Shown here: piece after piece, positions 12,401 to 22,748 of the stretch
How the letters are laid out: each line of letters starts with the position of its first letter
How positions within the stretch are numbered: the stretch's first letter is position 1
Assembly (NCBI GenBank): GCA_976226885.1
Contig: OZ320322.1
Coordinates: forward strand, 30,380,001-30,444,000
DNA from: Iphione sp. A-MEVVRFRX5
Taxonomy: Eukaryota
Reading direction: 5' to 3'
DNA length: 64,000 nucleotides
Translations under genes and position numbers: made by a program
Notes under the pieces: model-generated
Seen by the model: only the letters and a program-made list of their open reading frames with translations
What the model was told of the DNA's origin: nothing
The model's database searches: none

Positions 12401-15400
12401 TTAAGGATATTTGTCACGTCCAGAATTGTGTCAACAAAAGATCTCCATGGTTTTTGTGGCAGTAGTTTGATCCACAACCTCACACAACAAATGAGATGTA
12501 CTCGTGTGGTCGTCATGTCTTTCACCCCGGTATAATGAAGTTGAGAGATTATTTTCCTGTGTCATACTGACAAGACTACATGCCGTGGTCTTGATGACAC
12601 TAAAGCCACCAGTCCCGCTGTAATGCAGGGCAGGTAATATTATGTCACACGCCCAAGTTAATGTCGGACGATCCTAATCCAAGGAGATGATGAACAGCAT
12701 CTTAGTCCACAGTCCTCCTTCGTTCATTAGTTCTCAGCGCTTGAGACATTGTCCAGGTATCTCTCATCTGTTAATTTGTGCCTAGCGATACCAACGCCCC
12801 TGGTATGCACTGTACATTGCCACTGGTAGCACAATCGTTTATTTTTGATCGAACGGGTGAAAACTTGAGCAAATGCGTCTGGGCTATGAACGCAGGGTCT
12901 GTTCCTGTACTGTTAGTCAAAGAAACGACACGTTGCGGATTACACCTCATTAATTTATCTAGAAGAAACACGAACACGTTGACCTTCATGTGGGATACTC
13001 ATCAACGAAATTTAAAGTAGGCACTGAGATTTTGGTTACCCTCATCGGAATTATGAACCTGTGTGAAATATAATTTTTGTTTGCAATCAGTTTTCTTCGG
13101 GAAATGGGGTTAGCCCCAAGAGTTTAGTCCGTTCATTGGCGTCCACACTGGCAAGACCATAACAAATTGAAAAGGTTTGGTTCACTGGTTTCATTAATCG
13201 AGCGCATTTGTATTAAAAGGTCATCATTTTGTGGGAGGAAAAGCACTCTGATTATTGCCACAATACAGTCATATTCGATCTTTCAATCTTTCTAGTAGGT
13301 TGAGTGTTGCGGTTGCGGTGCTCGTGCAAAGGTGTTGTGTTTCCCACAGGGTATCTGGCAGCTGTGATCATTGACGAAGGTATTTTACGTTCACATGGTC
13401 ATGATATTGATTTGCCACATTTATGAAGACATTCGTACGTTACTGCTTTCTTTTTTTTTTTTCCTAATAGCGAACCAGTTTGTTTCTCGCATGATTTGCT
13501 CCACAATTTTTAGTTTCGGTTTCTAACTACTTCTGTTGAAATTTTGAGTCTTCGTTTTGAATTTGGATGTAGTCGCTGTCGATTCGACAATCGCTCTCAT
13601 CGATTAAACTTGTGGAGAATACTAACAAAATGTCATTTAATTTTCTGAATAACACCGCAATGTCACAAATCGAGCTACAATACCATATTGCGTTTTCGCC
13701 CTCTTTTCTGTTTGGGACGGCGATGAGCGGTGAAGACCGAGGGCATCCTGCCGCGTTTATTAAAGATAAGCATCTAATGGATGGTTGCTGATATGAAGGG
13801 GTTTCACATACGTCTCCTAACGTGACATAATGAGGGCCCTCGCAGCATTCCAGTCCATGTCCCAGTTCTTCACCACCTCCTCCGCCAGGTGGACGCTCTA
13901 TGACGAGATCCACTTGACCTGACCGAGTAACCCACTTCTTGCTGCGTACGCTCAGGTACTAGACAGCTGCCAGGGGGCACACTGGTAACAAGCGCCGACC
14001 GCAAAACCACAGCTGTGTTTTTCCTACTGTGTGGACAGGTCTTGAGCCAAGGTTGTCCATTTGCTGTACCAGTACTCCTAGCCTCGTATTGTTTGTATAC
14101 ATCTCAGGTTACACCGGCTGTCATGTACAGTGGCTGATAGGTCAGGCTCTCAACCCAATGATATTGCCCGATGATACGGTCCTTTGACACGCCTATGTAT
14201 GTAGGAATCTTGGGGTGTTTTTATAGTACAGTAGTTACCTTCCGTTTTTGTTTGTCGCTCTGAGAGTCAGTACTTTACTGCTTTGTTTTGGGGTTTGGAG
14301 TTTAAATACGCAAAGGAAAAGAAACGTTTGCCGTATGCCCCTCACCTCTTCGGGTGAAGTTTTTTCATTGCTTTAGTGTCATCGTTGCAGATGTACATTT
14401 GTGCATCTGTATGAATTGTTTACCAAAACGGCTCCAAAGGAGCTTGAGAACGCGTGTGTATGTGATGTTATTTTTCTTTATCTATGTCGGCTTAGAGTTG
14501 ATATTAAATTACTTTCTTATCACAAACGTTGTGACCTACCAAGGTTGTGTAGTCAACAAAGTACTGAGAAAATTGCTGACCACTCAAGCGTGAATTGTAT
14601 TAGATAAAAGCAGCGAAAATCCATCAAATAGTGAGTGGTTTTTTTTATCCATCCCCCAACATATTGATCTGCTTGGGCATGCTTCTTTAAGTGGGAAAAA
14701 GTTACCTTGGAGATCTANNNNNNNNNNNNNNNNNNNNNNNNNNNNNNNNNNNNNNNNNNNNNNNNNNNNNNNNNNNNNNNNNNNNNNNNNNNNNNNNNNN
14801 NNNNNNNNNNNNNNNNNNNNNNNNNNNNNNNNNNNNNNNNNNNNNNNNNNNNNNNNNNNNNNNNNNNNCAATAAATAAATGAATTCCACCTGTTAGTCTT
14901 GATGCTACCTGGTAAGTGGAGTATGGCCCAATTACTATAGTGAGTCAAGACCCTGGACGAAAATACTGTACGTATGATGATTGCCAGAATAACCACTTAT
15001 AAAATTCAAAGAATCATCATTGATATCAGTGATGTGGCCACTTCCCTAACAACTATGAATGAATTGTTTATCAGGAGATGGTATACTTGTCGTGTGATAA
15101 CCCGGTGTGGATAACATGAAAAGAATTCTGGCAGGTCTGAGTGGAGTTGGGTTGGTAAGCATTGGGCTATTGCCTGTACTGTGTATAACTGAAACAGCAT
15201 CAACAAAACATGTTATACGTTTAGCGGGTCTGCATACATGTTTACTATCTATCAACATTCATAATAATTGAGCAATTAAAATGAAGAAGTGTATTGGATT
15301 GTACACGCACGCGTTTATGCATTTAGATATGTTATTTCACTAATGTTCCACATATTCAAACATGTAACATAATGTTGAATGTACTGAACATACAAACATA

Positions 15401-18400
15401 CACATGACCATTACATTAGATACCAACGTGAGAGACCGAGCTTGGTTGGTTCTCCCAGGACTCTGTTGCATTGTAGACCATCTACATATACGTAGATATG
15501 TAGAATGATATCGGTGTTTGGTTCTGAGAAAGTTTGGTTCTCTGAGAAAGTCGTGTTTCCCTTTGGTAGTTGCTTTAATTAGTTTGTAGTGTAGGTATGC
15601 TAGGTGTTCAGATACAATGAGTGGATATGGTGAATATTTTATTGGTGCAGGGTCTAAGAGGAGTTGTAACTTTACTAAAAGAATATAATTTATGTGTAGA
15701 AATGAATATGGTGAATGAAGGTAGATTTACTATATATTATATTAAAAAATCTGTATGGTGTGTGGGGAGCAGGAGGTGCGGCTAGATTGTACTCTGTAAA
15801 GTGAAATGCTCTGTGCAGACCTAAATTTGGCAAGACTTCCATTTTGCGGCAACTTGCTGCACACGTCAGACTAGTACATTTGTGCAGTTCAACACAAAAT
15901 CACAGTTGCACATTTCTTTACTTCTGTCATAAAGTTAATGAAAACTATTGTATTTTCCCAGTTGATATCGGTTTTTAGATTAATTTGTTTCCTGGGGCAG
16001 TCAGAATCGACTATAACGGTTGCCCTTTAAACCCACAATAAATAGGTGAAGAATTCTAAGAATGCATATATATGATTCCTGGTGCCTTTCTAGAAACACT
16101 GCTTTCCAACCCACTGAACATCCGACAGGAATTAGTGGGTATGTTAGTTTTAGAAACATAAGTGTATAATAATGAACATTTCCTGAGTCTGTTGACAAAT
16201 TAATTTCAGGTACGACAAAGGCTAATTTAAAAAAAAAATTACCCAACTCACTCCTCTGACTACCCAGGTATATTGACAGTAAAGGCCTGTCAATTATGCG
16301 TTATCATGGGTAAGAAATTTTGAAGTTGTGTTAGGGGATGGGGCAGTTAGGCTGCCCTAGTCAGTCTTATCTCTTTGCTAGACTCTCCTAACAGTTATAA
16401 AACTGTTAAAAGTGGCATGTTCTTGTTTGTACAATATGATTTCAAACAGTTTTAGGTTTTCACAATTATTATTGGAGGATGCTCTTTACTAGTTGTCGTC
16501 TGCTGCTCCTGCCTAATATTGGAAGAAAAGAGATAATTTTCAGGGGATGTAAAACGGTTTATAGAGAAAACCCCCAACCCAACACCGCAGTTAAGGCTCC
16601 TGTAGTCATTGTCTTAGCTGCTTGACTTGTCAGCTATGTTCTTCTGGCGGGACAGTTTACTGTTCCTCTCCTCTTCTCAAAGTAAGTTTTCGAGTAGTGT
16701 TTTTATTGCATCTGTACATTTGTTTTACCTGTACCAGACATATACAGTCAACTCCGCCGGAGGCAACCACCACAGGGCATATATATGGATACATATGTAA
16801 TTGATTAACAAATTAACTTCTTGCTGAAGAACTGGTGGATAGTGGGTTCATGTCTTGTGGTGTGTGTGTGTGGAGTGCCTGGAATGGAATCCTCGTTATC
16901 TTCATCAGCATCCCATGAGTCACCATCGTCACTTGTCCATTGAGGTGTTGTTCCCAGCCCATGTCCCTAGGGTCATGAGAGAGGCAGTCTGTCAGCTCCT
17001 CATACTCCTCCCCGATCAGAGCTGTCCCTCGGAGGTTCGGTCCATCATGTGCCCTCCTGAGCAGCTCTGCTAGGGGGATATCAGCCTCATCATCATCATC
17101 CTCAGGCTGGTGCATGCTGAGGTCAACATCTCCTGGATTAGGAGCCACACCAGCCTTCTTGAAGCACTTGAAGACTGCTGGGTGGCACAGCCTTCACAGC
17201 TCCCTTGATCCAGATGATGACCATGTGGAAATCAACACTCTTGATGGTGCCCTGGGGATCAGCTCCAGTGTCCACCTTGGCCAGCACATATCCTAGGAGG
17301 GCTTTGTAATAATTACTCTTAACACATCAGATGATCCCCTGGTCAAGAGGCTGCAGCAGGGAAGTGATGTTGGCTAGTAGAAACATCAGTTTCACACTGG
17401 ACATCTTGAGGTGATAGGGGTGGGAAGGGGCATTATCCAGGATCAATACCACCTTCCTGTCCTGGGCCTTCATCTTCCTGTTGAAGGCATTGAGCCACTC
17501 CTCAAAAGATGGAAGTGACCATCCAGGTCTTCTTGTTGGATCTCCAGATCAGAGGGAGATCATTGAGATCCAGGTTTCTGAATGCCATGGGCCTTGCTGC
17601 TTTCCCATGACCAGGGCCTTCTCAAACTGGCCTGACATGGAAACAGAGTCAAAGAGTCAGTCTCTCTTTTACTCTTCTTGCCTCCAACAGTGTCACTGCT
17701 CGTCACAGCCAATGTCTTGTCTGGGAAAACCCTCAAGAAGACACCAGTTTCATCCATGTTGAAAATGTCTTCTTCCTTATATCCCTGAATGAGAGTGGAC
17801 AGTCTGTCATGTCACTCTCAGGGACACTGGCCCTCTCTCTAGACACCTTGATTCCAGAGATGCAGTGCCTTTTCTTGAATCGGGACAGTCATCCCACAGC
17901 GCCAGAGAAGTTCTCAATCCCCAGTTCTTTGCTGATCATCAGGGCCTTCTCCCTGATCACTGGTCCAGACACTGAGACCTGCATATCACTTGCCTTATTG
18001 AACTAGTTGAAGATGGTCTCATCCAGGGTGGTGAAGTCAGCGTTGAGATTCCTTCCCTTGCCCTGTGGCTTGAAGGACCTGTCATAGTTTAGATACAGTG
18101 CATTCTTCTTGGGGGTAGAAATGATGAGGACAGTAGGAGGCAGGACAGCAAGTGTCGGGGATAGAGCAGTAGGTGTAGACGGCAGGACTAGGAGAGTCAA
18201 CTCCAAATGGATGGAGAATAAATGAATCAAGTGGTCAGTTGAGGAGTTTATGTATCCTCGTGGGCAGCCAGGACCTCCTGCAGTTCCTGACGATGATATC
18301 ATGCCTCTCCCAGCCATGGATACCATCAAAGAACTGAATGGTCGACTCTGGCGGGGGCATATTCAACTTTTGTACCGATAATAGTGATCGCCTGAGGCGA

Positions 18401-21400
18401 ATGGTTGCCCCAGGTGAATGGTCGTAGGGTGGAGTGTCAACTGTACATCTGAAAGTTTTCCTCGGTGTTTCATTTAACCTCCGTCTGGTATGCCAGGCGT
18501 CCTACTTGAACACTAAGACGTAAATCAGCGTCAAACAGCGAGGGGGGCCAAATAGTTGCGTAGATGCTAGATCTGTAGATGACTGATCGAGAACCAGTTT
18601 TTATTGAAATGTGTTGCTTCTCAGATTCAGAAGTAGTTGTCGTTCTAGTTTTATTCTTGAAGTTGTTATTATGAGGCTGGCGGTAGACTAGAACCGAGCA
18701 GTGTTGCGAAAGCAAGGTTTTCCTGTATGTAAATAACTAGTACTGTCATCAGACTCACCACTATCAGTGTCGCCAAACTGAGCTGTTTCTGTTGTTTTTT
18801 ACCACTAGAGTTTTTATTATATACGATGTACATGTTTGTACGTGCGTGTGCGAGTGCGTGCATGAATACAGTTGTGCATTGCATGTTCTTAATGAAGGAT
18901 ATCCTATAGAAAGAAGGAAGAAGACATTAGATGTCACATATTGAATATTTGACCATAGTACCCATTCATGACCATGGTGGATGCGTTAGGAAAGTTCGTA
19001 GCACATTATATACACTGTATATAAATTACTGTGGAATATCAGGTTTCATTCTAACCACACAGAGTTTTGATTAGAAGCGGAACTTGACTGTCGACCATTC
19101 ACCAAAGTGTGAGCAGTTGCCTTTCACCTTCACTAGCTTTAGTAAAAACTCATTTTGCTGTATGCCACCAAAATATATGACGTGTAAAGCAGATTCGATC
19201 TTAACAGTCACCCTCTGACTATTTGCTAACTTTTTTGTCTGAACCCTCGATGAGTACACATTTTTTCTTGTTCCCATCTCATTCTCAGAAATTTTATTCA
19301 AATAATATTAGGGACAGTACATGTAATAGGCTGTTGTAGACAGGCAGGAAGCGCACCTTGGCAGGTGCAGTCAGCCATGAAATGACCACTCGCTGAGTGT
19401 GGCAGTGTGGGTAGGGGAGCATATACATCGCAGTCAACCTTTTTAGTTTCAATTTGGTTATCCCAAAACCCCACAGGAGTTAGTGGGAAATATTGCAAAT
19501 ATAGAGTCTGTTGAACTGTTCGAGCTTTTAAAGAGTTTTCTTCGCCAAGCACCATTCAGTTTAGATGGTAAGATGATACTGGAATGATCAACCGCGACAA
19601 CTGATAATTCTGTTCATCATATATGTATTTCTCAGAGTTGATGCTCGGGGTCCACCAGCATTCTCTGCTGGGGAAGAGCAAGATTCCTTTGTCACAGTAT
19701 GTGTAATTCTGTCATTTTGCTCGTATATTCCCAACAGACTCCCGACAAACTGAGGACATGGACATCTCCCCAGGTAGCACACCCACCAGTTCACGACCCA
19801 ACTCTAACCTGGGGACTCCCATCGCCAGCGTTAACAACACTTCTTCATCTATGACATCCTCACTTGCTGGGGCCAACCTGAGCTCCATGGGAACTGACCT
19901 CACTCAGCAAGGTAAACTTATCTTTCTCCACACTGATATCAGGGAAGCGTTCTTACCTGGACGTGTCTGTAACTCGATCACAGATTACGCCTTGGTATTG
20001 AAGCGGGAAACATAGTGTTGGAGATAAAATTTACATGAAGGTGACTCTCCATTGTCTAGCTGGTTCTCTGAAATTGTTAGATCAAATATTCATCCTAGAG
20101 TTTGGGGTGTTGAGATAAAACCACCTACTCCATGACTCGTGACGTAGGTTCTGGTTGAGACTGGCAACCTTCGATTATTGGTAAAACTGGTAAAATCCAT
20201 TGGTTAGACTGAATTTTGGTGTGGGAGTACGGTGCATAGAATGTTTAACTGGGTCGAGTAGGCTGAAAATTCGTTCTGCTGTTTCATAAAAAAGTTAATA
20301 TTAATAAAAGAGTGTCGAATAACCTCTCCGAATACGTTTTTCAGCCATCCAGACCCTTCAAAAATTACAACAAGCTTTAATGGCGCAACAACAACAATAT
20401 CAACAACAGCAACAGTCTAATTCAGGTGAGTGTTTTCTTCTTCACCCTGAGAACGAAACTGCATTTGATACTCTGTTATGAAGAAAAATATGTACCTCAG
20501 TAACTGTACAAATTTCCCTGTTCATGCTTCTTTACCCACAAACCGATTCTTCATTTAGTGTATTCCTGTTGGTGAAGAAACGTTGACTGTCAACCTGTTA
20601 TTTTATTCACTCTTCTTTGCTATGAACAAAAGGAAACAGTTTTTCCATATTCATCAACTCCACCTCTGCTCTCCCCCCCCCGCACCGCCCACCCCCGTGG
20701 GCCTATTAGCCTCTACACAGGTGAACCAGTCGCCACATCCAGCACCTGATGCCACGCCACCACATCAGCCGAATGTGGCGTCACCACACCTGAACCACAG
20801 CACCAGCCGCAGCAGTGGATCAGTCGGTCAACCGGTGGCTGTTGATGAGGACAGCCGCGGTGCTGGTCGTGACAGTCCCAAGTCCGATCGGAGTGTGCGC
20901 TCCTCCAGGTGGGTGGATCAGAGTCCACACTTAACAGAGGCCCCTTATAATCATATCAGAAAGAAAATGGTCTGCTACCTTATTAACAGTTTAGAGGAGG
21001 GAATTTTGAGTGGGTTTGTGTATGTGTACATGTATTCAGTCATCTTTTTTTCGTGGTTCGCCGTATCTGACCTTGAGAGGAATACGTGTAGTAACAGTGG
21101 AGCAGTTGAGAAGGATATATCGTATATCCCACAGAGTTACCTTCCAGGGTTTATCTAAAAACCAATATTTTTAAAATCGCGTTTTAGTTATGTACCATAT
21201 TTTAGGCCTTACATTTCCCAAAGTTCTACAGTTACAGGAAGAAACAAGTGGGACTGGTAGACATCTTTGCACAAAGACGAATAGAAGGTGCCTTTCAGAC
21301 TGCGCTTACCTCCCAAAGTTTTACCGCTCACCTGTACGTGCGTGTCTCTCTCTTACTAGGCGAGGTTCGCCCACGCCGAGCGTGGCCAGCTCACAGAGCA

Positions 21401-22748
21401 TCTCGCTCAACGCAAGCTCACTGGGTGCTGCCGCCAGCAAGAAGCAGGACTCGGTCCAGCTGACGCCCTCGCTCAGCAACTACTACAATGATGCGCTCAT
21501 CGAGCACTGCGCCAATCTACAGGCCGACCAGGCCGAGAGACAGGTAGGTCGTCCCAGCAGACCCTGCCTGCATTTCACCTTTTTAACCAACATGAATACG
21601 TTTTTGTGTTGCGGGGCGCAAAAGGTTAAGGGAGGTGTGTTTAAAATGTGATTTTTTTTTTAATAAAAAGAAAAAAAAACCAACCACCTTGACTCCTTGT
21701 GAGACTAGTGAAGTCCCCGTTACACAGTTAAGTATATTTCTGGGACGAGTTTTCTGGTGGTTGTTGTTTGGGGCTTAACCTTTGGCTGCTTGTGTTCATG
21801 ATTTTGAGAATGATTCATTTCTTGTGACTTGTACATGTATGTACGTCTGAGGACTCTGACGTTGTAGCTACAACGAACAGTTTGTGGCCTCGTGATGAGT
21901 GAGATGCTGAGGTTACGATAGGCACTAAACTTCGTTCAAGGGAGACACAGAAATTTGCATTCTGCATGAAAATAGTGACTTTTCCCTCCAAATGTCCACT
22001 TCTACAGGCCCACCACTACGGAGAGGAGGCCCATAGTGTGGGGACTCTACACTGCACCCAGGTCTCGGTTGATTTGAAGCGGGCACGATCGTTGGTTCGG
22101 ATCGCAGAGATACAAGCAACATTTCAAGAGCAAAGGTAGGCCACTCTGACTGGCAGTGTCGCTTGAAGACTTTAGGCCGGGCCCGTTGGCAGGTCACGTG
22201 ATAGGATAAGTGGAAATTGGGGTAGTTCTGATTTGTTTAGAGGTCTTGCTGCACGTGGAACAGCAGATGTCTGTTTATTGATGTGGCTAAACTGTCCATA
22301 CTGTCACCATGCCCTCTTTGTTGTTCCTCCCTTGGCGGGGGGTTAGGAGTGGGGGTGGGGGAATGAATGCCATCTGATAGTCATCGTGTCATGACTTGGT
22401 AACCATATCGTTGTGTTCAGGAAGGAGAACGTAGATGCCTTAGTCCTAAACATGAAATAACCGTGTTGGTTCCCTTCTGACGTGTGTGTAATGTTGTATG
22501 TCCTTTTTCCTCTCATTCTGCTTGGTGAGAGTGGAATCCTCGGTGTTGGCGAGATCTCGTATGGTTGTCAGTTATGTACTCAGTGAAGAATTCAGTACAT
22601 GTACTAAATAAAGTTAAAACTTTTAAAAAGCCGAGTTTACATGCTGTTTTCCTTTTGTTTCAGGGTTCTATTTCTGCGCCAGCAAACGCGTGACTTGGAG
22701 AATATGCGGAGCCAAAATTCGTTCATGCCCTCACAGCATGACACCTAG
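3241..22748 (+). CDS. WAC: WW domain-containing adapter protein with coiled-coil (WAC/wacky orthologue), spliced, 5'-partial
   Basis: Exons 3241-3437, 4370-4500, 6951-7054, 7784-8323, 19738-19911, 20345-20425, 20710-20908, 21360-21543, 22008-22135 and 22664-22748 are all AG/GT bounded with compatible phases (1823 nt + 1). WW domain [33 protein letters not shown] and C-terminus [59 protein letters not shown] match the WAC family as I recall it. No start codon exon was found in 1-3240. Confidence 0.95.
4370..4500 (+). CDS. WAC: WAC exon encoding the WW domain
   Basis: ttccag| acceptor and ct|gtaagt donor; [43 protein letters not shown]. An in-frame alternative CAG acceptor lies 9 nt downstream (4379). 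Confidence 0.97.
5325..5515. repeat. 31-bp minisatellite (~6 units) inside the MITE
   Basis: Unit ctgaatttgaccagttaaagtcc(t/g)aaaagt(c/a) starts at 5356, 5387, 5418, 5449, 5480 and 5511. Confidence 0.95.
5521..5680. repeat. 82-bp tandem duplication inside the MITE
   Basis: tccacaggg...gtctacctttgaaaaggactcctggagcctctctagggccccaaattcgcgcgaaaaca at 5521 and 5603. Confidence 0.95.
6951..7054 (+). CDS. WAC: WAC exon
   Basis: acacag| acceptor and t|gtaagt donor; [34 protein letters not shown]; phase 2 to 1. Confidence 0.85.
7084..7135. repeat. Inverted (TTGAAA)n/(TTTCAA)n microsatellite
   Basis: 16-bp perfect inverted arms at 7084-7099 and 7108-7123 with an 8-nt AT spacer. Confidence 0.9.
7784..8323 (+). 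CDS. WAC: WAC large Gly/Ser/His-rich exon
   Basis: cttgcag| acceptor and gaag|gtaaga donor; 540 nt GC-rich, open in the frame of ORF 7834..8568; phase 1 to 1. Confidence 0.85.
9065..9540 (+). mobile_element. Penelope-like element 3' remnant (GIY-YIG endonuclease C-terminus plus downstream repeat region)
   Basis: 9090-9272 reads [60 protein letters not shown]-stop, the R..E..W...L....P.GLN pattern of PLE GIY-YIG domains. A hammerhead-like core follows at 9404-9427. Confidence 0.75.
9398..9443 (+). ncRNA. Hammerhead-ribozyme-like motif (type I, cleavage site degenerate)
   Basis: TGATG-C-CTGAGGA-GCC-atagtc-GGC-GAAA-C-CTT-ga-AAG-ccc-CATCA; the NUH triplet is missing. Confidence 0.5.
10988..11021. 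repeat. Interrupted (AT)n microsatellite
   Basis: atatatatatatatgtatatttatatatatatat. Confidence 0.9.
11412..11651 (-). mobile_element. Short poly(A)-tailed retro-insertion with 15-bp target-site duplication
   Basis: aagtttcaagttcat at 11412-11426 and 11637-11651 flanks a T23 run (11426-11448) plus ~190 bp of unique sequence. Confidence 0.85.
14718..14868. other. Assembly gap
   Basis: Run of N. Confidence 0.99.
16745..18443 (-). mobile_element. Degenerate pogo/Tigger (CENP-B HTH + DDE_1) DNA transposon in the WAC intron
   Basis: Across stops and frameshifts: [65 protein letters not shown] and LQPLDQGII. Ends TA|CAGTCAACTCC and GGAGTGTCAACTG|TA are imperfect TIRs. Confidence 0.9.
19738..19911 (+). 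CDS. WAC: WAC exon ([11 protein letters not shown] motif)
   Basis: ccaacag| acceptor and caag|gtaaac donor; [21 protein letters not shown]...LTQQ; phase 1 to 1, after an 11.4-kb intron. Confidence 0.85.
20345..20425 (+). CDS. WAC: WAC Gln-rich exon
   Basis: ttttcag| acceptor and tcag|gtgagt donor; [27 protein letters not shown]; 81 nt, phase 1 to 1. Confidence 0.8.
20710..20908 (+). CDS. WAC: WAC exon (Pro/Ser-rich)
   Basis: ctattag| is the acceptor that keeps frame; ag|gtgggt donor; [11 protein letters not shown]...[12 protein letters not shown]. The acceptor choice is less certain. Confidence 0.72.
21360..21543 (+). CDS. WAC: WAC exon, start of the conserved C-terminal region
   Basis: ttactag| acceptor and cag|gtaggt donor; RRGSPTPS...[28 protein letters not shown]. 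Confidence 0.92.
22008..22135 (+). CDS. WAC: WAC coiled-coil exon
   Basis: tctacag| acceptor and ag|gtaggc donor; [42 protein letters not shown]. Confidence 0.95.
22664..22748 (+). CDS. WAC: WAC last coding exon
   Basis: tttcag| acceptor; [28 protein letters not shown], stop TAG at 22746-22748. Confidence 0.95.

Noticed and set aside
13527-13913. Possible degenerate PHD finger of a LINE ORF1 (..CE..H....WYCSSIC)
   Set aside because: Needs assumed frameshifts and lacks several zinc ligands; would need an HMM search.
20710-20720. Alternative WAC acceptor ctctacacag at 20720
   Set aside because: It would shift the frame relative to the phase-1 donor at 20425. Kept only as uncertainty on the exon start.
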